Below are positions 47,931-55,796 of a DNA stretch of 64,000 nt, piece by piece. The position numbers were made by a program, and so were the translations under genes. How positions within the stretch are numbered: the first letter of the stretch is position 1; each line of letters opens with the position of its first letter. Under the pieces are notes generated by a model. That model saw only the letters and a list, made by a program, of their open reading frames with translations. It was not told the origin of the DNA and ran no database searches. Origin of the DNA: an uncultured Acidimicrobiales bacterium (GTDB taxonomy: Bacteria > Actinomycetota > Acidimicrobiia > Acidimicrobiales > Poriferisodalaceae); the NCBI GenBank assembly GCA_964424585.1, contig CAYRJD010000031.1:2352-66351 (forward strand), written 5' to 3'.

Positions 47931-49361
47931 TCAGAGCACTGACTCAAGTTCCCGCCATTCGATTTTACCCTTGGCCTCTCGAGACTGAAGGTAACCCAAG
48001 TACTCAAGTGTCTTGGCCGCAAAATCCAGTTGAACTCTCCAATTCTGCTTTTGATCAACAAACACATCACCGTTCTGCTTTTCACCAACTAACTCATCAC
48101 CGGTCCGTCTAGCATCAGAGTCAGACCAACCAAGGTCCCCTAGTTTCAACCTTACTACGTCTTCATCCTCCTCGCCCGTCATAAATGCCTCAACCACTTG
48201 ACTACGAACAACCTCATCCTCTACAAACGTGGTATCCAGCTTCTTCAACACCGCTGCTAGGTAATGCCGCCAGTTCGTCACCTCATCGCAGTTCAAGTCA
48301 AGTCCCCCACCAGTTTCCTTATCCGCCTTAGCATCCTTGGCAAACCTAACAAGAGAGCTAAGCCATGTCTCCGTACTAGGCTCATCCGGCTTCGTATTTG
48401 AAAGATCGTCCTCCAAAGCAAGAACAGGACTGACGGTAGTCGTCAGGATCAAACGCCTCAATATGTTGTTCCAATTGCACTCAAACTCATTTTCCAGCTT
48501 CTCTCTCCACTCCTTCAGTTTCTCTTCGTACGCGTTTGATGTGTCGCTATCATCTTTGCCAGGTCTCTTTTCAAACCCAAAAAAGTGATCGTCATCAAAA
48601 ACCGCAGGGCGCTGCTTCATAATATTTTCCACGGCGCTCTTGACTTTAGCTTCATCGACTTTAACTTCATCGGTTTCCTTGATTTTTCGAATTATTTCGG
48701 CAAAAATTTGGTAAAGCGCAAATGAGCGTTTGGCTTTCTTTCGATTATCTGACGTTTTCGCTTGTAGGAGTTCATGTATTGATGGCCACCTGATTTGTGA
48801 TGTGCCTTCGACGTCGTCTTTATCCAAAGCGCGTGTTGAAGTCTCTCTCGGCTCTAACCTCCAATAACCTCTTTCACTTGCGTCGAGTTTGCCATCATTC
48901 TTGAGTTCGTTTCGTGCAAAGTCAATGTTGTTGCTCCAAACCGGTAGGCGTCGTTTCTTGGTGAGCCTTAGCTGACTCTGTCCGAAGTCGAAATCGGTGC
49001 GTCCATTTTTGATCTGGTCAAACACCCTGCGGAGCACTAGGACCCAGGCAACCGTCCTGTGGGCCACTTTGACGTTTAGGCCACCAAGTACTTGTTCTAA
49101 GTGGTCACGGTAGTCCTTAGCGCGCAATTTGCTACCCTCGCCCTGGAGGGTTGGCCACTGCTTCAAGTCTTCCTTCAACTGCCCCTGAGGTTTAGCGAGG
49201 ATATCTCTAGCAATTTTGTTGAACTCATCTGATAATCCTTTAGCTTCATCTTGATGGTCTGTCTTTCGGTAGTCACATTCCTTTTTCATCTTGCAGTGAA
49301 ACTTATCAAGTTTGTCCTTGAGATGATTTAGCCTTTCGGAGAGTGTCATGTGAGATTCCAT
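47931..49361 (-). CDS. AT-rich hypothetical protein with two Mrr_N-like winged-helix modules (island gene D)
   Basis: Long open frame in AT-rich DNA, where random stops should be frequent. K/E/D-rich. VWSNNIDFARNELKNDGKLDASERGYWRLEP and C-terminal NWRVQLDFAAKTLEYLGYLQSREAKGKIEWREL resemble the Mrr N-terminal wHTH. AAGGA lies 7 nt before ATG 49361; the track start 49397 and ATG 49349 are alternatives. Confidence 0.6.
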   Translation of the reverse strand: MESHMTLSERLNHLKDKLDKFHCKMKKECDYRKTDHQDEAKGLSDEFNKIARDILAKPQGQLKEDLKQWPTLQGEGSKLRAKDYRDHLEQVLGGLNVKVAHRTVAWVLVLRRVFDQIKNGRTDFDFGQSQLRLTKKRRLPVWSNNIDFARNELKNDGKLDASERGYWRLEPRETSTRALDKDDVEGTSQIRWPSIHELLQAKTSDNRKKAKRSFALYQIFAEIIRKIKETDEVKVDEAKVKSAVENIMKQRPAVFDDDHFFGFEKRPGKDDSDTSNAYEEKLKEWREKLENEFECNWNNILRRLILTTTVSPVLALEDDLSNTKPDEPSTETWLSSLVRFAKDAKADKETGGGLDLNCDEVTNWRHYLAAVLKKLDTTFVEDEVVRSQVVEAFMTGEEDEDVVRLKLGDLGWSDSDARRTGDELVGEKQNGDVFVDQKQNWRVQLDFAAKTLEYLGYLQSREAKGKIEWRELESVL

Positions 49362-49397
49362 CCTATATTCCTTTTGGGCTGTGTTGTTGTAGAGCAT

Positions 49398-50366
49398 CGA
49401 AGTGAGAGCGCGCGGGACCTAGGCGGCGTGGTGGAACTGCCCGTCCCCGTGATGGTGCTGTTATGTGGGACAATGGTGCGCGGGGTCGGCCAGCGAGTGC
49501 GGGCGCCATTGGGTCCCTGAGTGAACAGTTCGCGCGGGTCACCACAACCGCGTCGTCTTGCTGGCCTAAAATCACCTGGCAATCAACTGTTGGCCATGAG
49601 AGTTGTGGACGTCTCCGCGGAACACGCGCCGCATGACGAGGGCCATGGGCCGACGACAAGCGTAGGTGGCCGACCAGTGAAGCGTCATCACTCGCGACAC
49701 GGCCAAGGCCCACCTCGGCACGCGGGGCACTGCGTACGTAGCGCGTGGTGGTTCGACAGGCACCGACCCCTGCCTTCACTCGGTAGCTAAGGGTGGCGCG
49801 GCCGCGATGACTGCCTGTCGCAGCCAGTAGGGGTCGAACCGGGTGGGTCATGAGCATCGGCCGGTCAGCGACAAGACGTAACGGACGCGTGTCAAGACAT
49901 TGGCTCAGCGGCACAGACGCCAGCAGGACCTGGTCTTCGGATGGCACGAGCACCGCGGACATGCGCACACATGCTAGAGGGTGTTGCGTCAACTTCCAAG
50001 TCTTCCGTCGTGATGCGAGGCTTGGCGGTGCCGTGCTGGCGGGTCGGACGACGCCCGCGATGAACCATGCCGCAGCCCAACGAGACGATGTCGCTCATGA
50101 CGTCAGAGCTGCTGACCGGCAACGCGCATGCTTCCTCAAGAAGCACCGCAGGACTGCCGGGGGTCACCATTGCACGATGTGCGCATCACATTGCGTACTC
50201 TTCCTGAAAGAAGAATCGCAACGCCGACCAACCCACACAGGTGTCGATGAGCGTTTTGGCATGCGGAGCACACGGGCACGGCACCTGCTCGCAGAGTGCA
50301 ACGCTGCGCCCCTGGGTGTGCGGACTGAGGCCACCACTGCCCACGCCGAAGGCGACTGATCTGTTG
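49398..50366. other. ~970-nt segment without a credible ORF inside the island
   Basis: All six-frame ORFs here (49363-49992, 49521-49790, 49850-50359, 49892-50170) are Arg/Pro/His/Cys-rich with no SD and no recognisable motif. GC is intermediate. Confidence 0.5.
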
Positions 50367-51260
50367 TCACGGAGAGGTGGGTGGGGGTGGGGCTGCGAGG
50401 CGGGCGAAGTCGAGGAGCTGAGGGTGGTGGTGCTCGCAGCGGCGAGCGACGGCGGTCATGACGTCCCAGAGGCGAACGTCTGGTGCGGCACGGGCGGCGC
50501 TGCACACGGCACCCATCGCGCGTGGGTGGAGCAAGTTCGCATACGAGGCGCGCCCGCGGTCGGTGAAGCGCCCCCAGTCGCCCGCGCGCAGCACCTCATG
50601 GCACTCGTCTGGGGTCATCGGCTCGCTCGCATCGGCAGTGCCATCGGCTGCGACTACGGCCAGGTGTCTGCGCCACCAAGCACGAGCAACCGGCGCATCT
50701 TGGGCTGGGCGGCTGCCCCGGCTCTCAACATGACTTCCCAGGCGACGAAGGATGTTGCGGACGTCTCGGTCCAGCGCCTTGCGCTGCTTCTTGTTGAGGT
50801 CGGTGCCGTTGTCCCACGCGAGAGCGAAGCGGGAAGCGTTGAACGTCGCGCGAGGCGGCTCGGTGAACCGGCACTCTTCCAGCCACGCGATGTGCCAGAG
50901 GCACCAGGTCACCGGGTCTGATGCTTGCGACGGCGTGACGTCGCTCAGCGCCTCGTGCACTCGGACCTCCCACTCGAAAGGATACTCGTTCATGTCACTG
51001 GCAGACGTCTGCGGCAGCGGCGGAGCGTTGATGGAAGTGTCCGCGCTGAGCCCTAGCTCGTCTCGTAGGTAGCCAGCGAGGCGCAGACCGGTCACCGCTG
51101 GCCCTCGCAGGAACACCAACCGACGCTCAACCATCTCGTCATCGACGTCCGCGAACTTCCGGCAGGCAATCTTCTGCTGCCAGTCACGAAACTGCACACG
51201 GGCCGAGTCGTCCGCCTCCGTATACGCGGGCGAGGTTGTCGGATCGGGCGCGACACTCAC
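50367..51260 (-). CDS. hypothetical protein (island gene C)
   Basis: 297 aa. GTG start 6 nt after the stop of gene B. Balanced composition with W/Y/H/C-containing blocks (WCLWHIAWLEECRF). No family recognised. Confidence 0.6.
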   Translation of the reverse strand: MSVAPDPTTSPAYTEADDSARVQFRDWQQKIACRKFADVDDEMVERRLVFLRGPAVTGLRLAGYLRDELGLSADTSINAPPLPQTSASDMNEYPFEWEVRVHEALSDVTPSQASDPVTWCLWHIAWLEECRFTEPPRATFNASRFALAWDNGTDLNKKQRKALDRDVRNILRRLGSHVESRGSRPAQDAPVARAWWRRHLAVVAADGTADASEPMTPDECHEVLRAGDWGRFTDRGRASYANLLHPRAMGAVCSAARAAPDVRLWDVMTAVARRCEHHHPQLLDFARLAAPPPPTSP

Positions 51261-51266
51261 GACGAT

Positions 51267-52121
51267 CTACCCCTCGTAGTCGCCGGGTTCGACATCGGCG
51301 AGCAATTCGTCGCCCACCAGCAACGTCGCCGCGTAGAGGGAGCTGAAGCCTTCGTCGCCAGGCACCGCGCAGTCGGGGTCGGCCGCTCTCATGAGCCGAA
51401 CCAGCGAGTCACCCACGGCGTGGCGACTACCCGGCACGTCATCGCCCGCGAACTCAACTTGGTTCGGCGCGTCTGCGAGCGCCGCCGTCAATCCCGCCAG
51501 CGTGACCGCTAGCGCCGACGAACCAGACTCGTCTTGCTGGTACCGCTGGAGGTCGTCCGGGTGGAGTGACACCACCCAATGCGGCACGTCTGAGTTGGCG
51601 AACCCCAGCTTCATGCGCCGACGCTCGACGCTAGCGTCTGGCACGTACGCGACAATCGCGCTCAACGGCGAGACCAGCGGCACGTGCTGGCCGCGCACAA
51701 GCCAAGTGCCTGCGGGCACAAACACCGGTGCTTCCGCTTCCCATGCCGGATGAACTCCCTCAGGCTGGAGCTTGCAGTCCTCAACCGCCAGCAGGCCCGG
51801 CAAACCCACCAACTGTCGCGCCACCAAGTCCGTCTTGGCAATACTGGCGGTCACTCTGGTCAACCGCGCATCGGCGAGAAACAGCCGTGCGAGGTAGGTG
51901 GCCGGACTTCTCACCTCCAAGCACCATCTCGCGAAACCGTCTCGGACCAACTCTTCGAGCCCGGGCGCGCCGTTCAACTCGTGCTCGGCGACGAACTCAC
52001 CGACACGCGCCGTTCCGTGGCCACTAAATCGCACGAGGTCAACGTTCGCGTCGTAGCGCGCAGAAGGCCAATCGAGGTTCTGATAGTCCCGATGGTCGAG
52101 AACAGGGACTCTGTCGATCAC
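51267..52121 (-). CDS. hypothetical protein (island gene B)
   Basis: 284 aa. GTG 52121 overlaps the stop of gene A (GTGA). No family recognised. Confidence 0.6.
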   Translation of the reverse strand: MIDRVPVLDHRDYQNLDWPSARYDANVDLVRFSGHGTARVGEFVAEHELNGAPGLEELVRDGFARWCLEVRSPATYLARLFLADARLTRVTASIAKTDLVARQLVGLPGLLAVEDCKLQPEGVHPAWEAEAPVFVPAGTWLVRGQHVPLVSPLSAIVAYVPDASVERRRMKLGFANSDVPHWVVSLHPDDLQRYQQDESGSSALAVTLAGLTAALADAPNQVEFAGDDVPGSRHAVGDSLVRLMRAADPDCAVPGDEGFSSLYAATLLVGDELLADVEPGDYEG

Positions 52122-54094
52122 GACTGCTCCTCAACAGCCTCAACAGGCTTGAGCACCGCCACTTCCACGCGAAGCGCATCTAGCGCATCCTGGGAAACGC
52201 CAACGACATCCACCTCGAGTTCCGCCACTCCTTGTTCGGCAAGAGCTACGACGCTCGCCGCGTAATCGTCTGTGCCGTCAGCAAATCGGCAAGGTAGTGC
52301 CGCGGGCTTGACCTGCTTGTCGCACGCCGGGTCAGAACCGTTGCCCGCCAGCAGCACAATGTCGACCATCGCGTCAGCGCCGCTCGAAGTGCTCCGGTTC
52401 GATCCTCGGGCGGCGAACTTTGGTTGCCAGATGACGCGAACGTGGCCGTCTTCACGCGGAATGACCGAAGCGGGCAAGCCAGCTACACGACCCCTTGCCC
52501 GCGCTTGAGTGCGCGAGCGATTGGTGTCGCCCGGATGCTCGCCGCCGTTGGGATTTGGGTCTTCCTCCAAGGCTCTGCCCTCGTCGCTCTCGTCTTCGTC
52601 TTCGATAATCGGCGGCGGTGCTGGCTTGGCGCGCTGTGGCGGAGATCGATCGTCTAGCTCGCCGCGCAGCAAGCGAAGTGCCTCGGGCTCCCAGGTGCTC
52701 GTGTTCCGCGTCGGCACGGTTTCACGCAGCTCTTCAGCCAGAGCCCTCAACGCGCTCTTGAGCTGCGGCCCTTCCCGATTGGGTGCATTGCCCGCGTCGA
52801 CCTGGAGGTGTGAACCGGTCTCGCACGCACGCACGAGACGACCGAACGCGCCCGTAGCGTCAACGACGGCGTGAAACGCCACTTGGTCGGAAAAGTCCTT
52901 GGCCTCCAGGCGCCGAACGGCGTCGCTAATCCGCATGCCTTCTCGAAAGAGCGTCACCCGTGAACGCTCGCCGGGCGTCTCTTTCCATCTGATGCGGGCA
53001 CCGTCCAGCAGGTCATGACGCGGAGGCAACGACGTGCCCTCGGTCCACACCTTCCAGGCTGCGTGGGCATTGACCCCAGCGCCGAGTTCTTTGGCGCCAC
53101 GCGTAGCGCGCTGACGCAGTCTGATTCGTTCCAGAGCCTCCCGAAAGGCTTCAGTTCCGGCAGTGCCTTGACCACCTACCGCGGTCGACGCGCCCGTTAT
53201 CGCGTTCTCGTGCGTTACCTCCATCAGCCCGTCTTCGATTGCCACGGTGAAGTGATGCGCCACTATCTCCGCGATCCACGCACCCAGCGGATCGCGTTGC
53301 GTGTCGTCAAGTCGTCGGGGTGAGAGTGACCTATGTGCCGTGATGCAGACGGCAGTTCCCCGCTCCAAATCGCCAAGCAGCCAGTCGGGCGGATCATGCG
53401 CGGGGTACGGATCGGTGCCTATGAAGCTGTCGGCATGCGCTTCGACTGTCAAGCACCCGTGGTGCGAGCGGGCGACGGGTCTGCCGCTGTCATCAATGCC
53501 GTCGTCGGCATCTCCGTGGGTCGCCAGAAAACACTGCCCGCCCAGCATCCGGGTTCCGTCCGCCGCAATGCCACCGTAAAGCACGTACCGGAGGCGCGAG
53601 GCCGCAATGGCCGTCAGATGCCCGACACCGATCGAGCCCCTAGCGCTTGACCCTTCGTCGGTGTTGCCGCCAGACCCCTTGTTGAGCATCTTCTTGTAGC
53701 GGACGGCATCTAGGCCCTTGCCGTTATCCCGGCAGATAAGGCACGTGACGGCACCCTCGTCCAGTGCCTCAGCAATGCGCTCGCTCACCCTCCTATCTTG
53801 AGGTGATCGCCGCAGGTGCTCACCGATGCGCGCAAAAGCTCCCCTGTAGTCCGCGATGCCAGGCATCTGCGCGCTTGGCACACGTTGTGAAACAAAGTCA
53901 ACTCGAACGACTCCGTCAGCTTCATCGTCGGGCTGAGCGTCGAGCGCGTTCTGCACAAGTTCGCGAATGACGATCTCGTCGTTGACGTGTTCGTCTGCTA
54001 GAGCCGCGAAGCCGTCCTCGGTGCCCAAGTCTTTAACGAAGACGAGTCGTGCCTCGCCGCCGCTCGCCTGATCGGCCCCAGCTGCTTCGGTCAC
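52118..54094 (-). CDS. GHKL-superfamily ATPase (MutL/Hsp90/MORC-like Bergerat fold), island gene A
   Basis: N-box ELVQNALDA at 53936-53962, G1 box DNGKGL at 53711-53728, G2 box GSIGVG at 53621-53638. Start taken as GTG 54094, preceded by GAAAGGGG. The track start 54259 adds 55 Arg/Cys-rich residues. Confidence 0.75.
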   Translation of the reverse strand: MTEAAGADQASGGEARLVFVKDLGTEDGFAALADEHVNDEIVIRELVQNALDAQPDDEADGVVRVDFVSQRVPSAQMPGIADYRGAFARIGEHLRRSPQDRRVSERIAEALDEGAVTCLICRDNGKGLDAVRYKKMLNKGSGGNTDEGSSARGSIGVGHLTAIAASRLRYVLYGGIAADGTRMLGGQCFLATHGDADDGIDDSGRPVARSHHGCLTVEAHADSFIGTDPYPAHDPPDWLLGDLERGTAVCITAHRSLSPRRLDDTQRDPLGAWIAEIVAHHFTVAIEDGLMEVTHENAITGASTAVGGQGTAGTEAFREALERIRLRQRATRGAKELGAGVNAHAAWKVWTEGTSLPPRHDLLDGARIRWKETPGERSRVTLFREGMRISDAVRRLEAKDFSDQVAFHAVVDATGAFGRLVRACETGSHLQVDAGNAPNREGPQLKSALRALAEELRETVPTRNTSTWEPEALRLLRGELDDRSPPQRAKPAPPPIIEDEDESDEGRALEEDPNPNGGEHPGDTNRSRTQARARGRVAGLPASVIPREDGHVRVIWQPKFAARGSNRSTSSGADAMVDIVLLAGNGSDPACDKQVKPAALPCRFADGTDDYAASVVALAEQGVAELEVDVVGVSQDALDALRVEVAVLKPVEAVEEQS

Positions 54095-54178
54095 GGCCAG
54101 CGAACCCCTTTCGTGCGACCCCCAACTAGGCAGTCTGCCAGCAGTGCAACACCGCTTGCCGTGGCTTTCGCGGGTGCG

Positions 54179-54192
54179 TCGCACGCGTGCGA
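54179..54192. promoter_or_regulatory. perfect 14-bp palindrome TCGCACGCGTGCGA in a divergent intergenic region
   Basis: Read directly from the sequence. It lies between the GHKL gene start (54094) and the small + strand ORF (54241). CACTGC/GCAGTG and a GCGTGAC x2 repeat lie nearby (54213-54247). Confidence 0.3.
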
Positions 54193-54240
54193 GGCGTGCG
54201 CTGCGTCGGCAACACTGCAGGGCGTGACGGGCAGTGCCGC

Positions 54241-54633
54241 GTGACACACGTGAACTCATCTAGGCCGCTCGACGGCCCGTGGCGGCCGCTGACCGAAGTC
54301 GAACTGGCGAAGGTGCCAGCCCAGCTGGGCGTGTTCCAGCTCGCCGACGAACAAGGCGCCGTGCAACGCATCGGCTACGCCGGGGCACGCGAGCCGTTCG
54401 GAATGCGCAGCGCGCTGAAACGATTTCTCTGCCCGGGCGCCTCAGCTGCGGGCACGACGCCCGACACGCCAACACCGAAGCGCCAGCCGCAGCGGTTTCG
54501 CTACGAGTTCACCGCCAACTACGCCAGCCGCTACGACGAGCTGCTGATGCGCCACATCGCCGCCCACGGCCAGCTGCCCGACGCGCAGCGGCACGAGCAA
54601 GCCCGCGTCGGCAGGCTGAGCGGTGCGTCATGA
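54241..54633 (+). CDS. small conserved-looking protein with GIY-YIG-like N-terminal motif
   Basis: LGVFQLADEQGAVQRIGYAG has GVF, 10 residues, then RIG, which is GIY-YIG-like spacing. Its stop overlaps the ACAD start (ATGA). GTG candidates at 54187, 54241 and 54250. Confidence 0.45.
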   Translation: MTHVNSSRPLDGPWRPLTEVELAKVPAQLGVFQLADEQGAVQRIGYAGAREPFGMRSALKRFLCPGASAAGTTPDTPTPKRQPQRFRYEFTANYASRYDELLMRHIAAHGQLPDAQRHEQARVGRLSGAS

Positions 54634-55796
54634 ACTTTTCGCCAACGCAAGAACAGCAGCTCATCGTCGACACCGTCGCGAAGTTCGTCAGCACTGAGAT
54701 CGTCCCGCTCGAAGCCGACCTCGACCCCGACGCCGGCGAGCTCGCGCCCGAAGACGCCGAACGGCTCACCCAGATGACCAAGCAGATGGGCTTTTTTGGC
54801 CTCGACATTCCCGCCGAATACGGCGGCCCCGGCCTCGACACCACCACCCGCGCGCTGATGGCCATCGAGATGAGCAAGCACCGGGCCGGCCTCTACAACC
54901 CCTGCTACGGCACGTTCGGCGGCGCTGGACTAGCCCAGCTCTACGAGGCCACCGAGGAACAAAAGGAGCGCTGGCTCTACCCGACGCTGCGCGGCGAGAA
55001 GGTCGGCTGCTTCGCGCTGACCGAACCGACCGGCGGCTCCGACCCCGCCCGCGCCATCCGCACCCGAGCCATCAAAGACGGCGACGAGTGGGTGCTCAAC
55101 GGCGCAAAGCTGTTCATCTCAGGCGCAGACAAAGCCGACTACGCGCTGTTGTTCGCTCGCACGTCCGACGACCCCGGGCGCGCCGGCGTCACCGCCTTCA
55201 TCGTCGACACCGACACGCCCGGCTTTCACGTCCGACGGGTCGTCCACACGCTGCGCGCCACCCGCTACGCCACCGAACTCGAGTTCATCGACATGCGAGT
55301 GCCCAACGACAACGTGCTCGGCGAGGTGAACGGCGGCTTCGGCATCGCCAACGACCGGCTCAGCCGCCAACGCATTCCCTACGCCGCGGGCTGCATCGGC
55401 CCAGCCATCGTCGCCCAGCAGATGTCGATCGAGTGGGCGAAGAGCCGAGAGACGTTCGGCGGGCCGCTCGCCGACAAGCAAGCGATCCAGTGGATGATCG
55501 TCGACAACGAAATCGACATCCGCCACGCCCGCTGGTGCGTGCTCGACGCCGCGCAGAAAGCAGACGCCGGGCAGCGATTTCGCACCGAAGCGGCGATGGC
55601 GAAGCTCGTCGCCAGCGAAGCAGCCGGACGGGTCGTCGACCGAGCCATTCAAATACACGGAGGCATCGGCGTCACCAAAGACCTGCCGCTCGAACGCTGG
55701 TACCGAGAGCTGCGCATCCGCCGCATCGGCGAGGGCCCCAGCGAAGTGCAGCGGCTGATCATGGCGCGCGACATCCTGGGCGGCAGCTTCAAGTGA
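54630..55796 (+). CDS. acyl-CoA dehydrogenase
   Basis: MNFSPTQEQQLIVDTVAKF, ALTEPTGGSDPARAIRTRAIKDGDEWVLNGAKLFISG and RIGEGPSEVQR. The first 117 codons of the track ORF are shadow. Confidence 0.9.
   Translation: MNFSPTQEQQLIVDTVAKFVSTEIVPLEADLDPDAGELAPEDAERLTQMTKQMGFFGLDIPAEYGGPGLDTTTRALMAIEMSKHRAGLYNPCYGTFGGAGLAQLYEATEEQKERWLYPTLRGEKVGCFALTEPTGGSDPARAIRTRAIKDGDEWVLNGAKLFISGADKADYALLFARTSDDPGRAGVTAFIVDTDTPGFHVRRVVHTLRATRYATELEFIDMRVPNDNVLGEVNGGFGIANDRLSRQRIPYAAGCIGPAIVAQQMSIEWAKSRETFGGPLADKQAIQWMIVDNEIDIRHARWCVLDAAQKADAGQRFRTEAAMAKLVASEAAGRVVDRAIQIHGGIGVTKDLPLERWYRELRIRRIGEGPSEVQRLIMARDILGGSFK

Larger units (their letters stand above)
47677..54240. other. compositionally foreign ~6.5 kb insert (candidate genomic island, no recombinase seen)
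   Basis: Hand-counted 60-nt lines: dapD line 47101 is 78% GC, island lines 48661 and 48301 are 33% and 50%, and line 51301 is 63%. All four ORFs are on the minus strand. The flanking genes are core metabolism. 47677-47930 is strongly C+A-rich on the + strand. Confidence 0.7.

Noticed and set aside
49820-49850. GGTTCGACCCC (minus strand) resembling a tRNA/tmRNA T-loop, considered as a possible att-site remnant inside the island
   Set aside because: I could not pair a T-stem or acceptor stem around it, and there is no matching copy at the island ends.
49892-50170. Minus-strand ORF with LLEEACALPVSSSDVMSDIVSLG, faintly reminiscent of the LLLEAGVxLxxVSExLGH motif of tyrosine recombinases
   Set aside because: The similarity is limited to a few residues. 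No RHRY catalytic context is present, and the surrounding sequence is shadow-like. It is only worth a frameshift-tolerant blastx.
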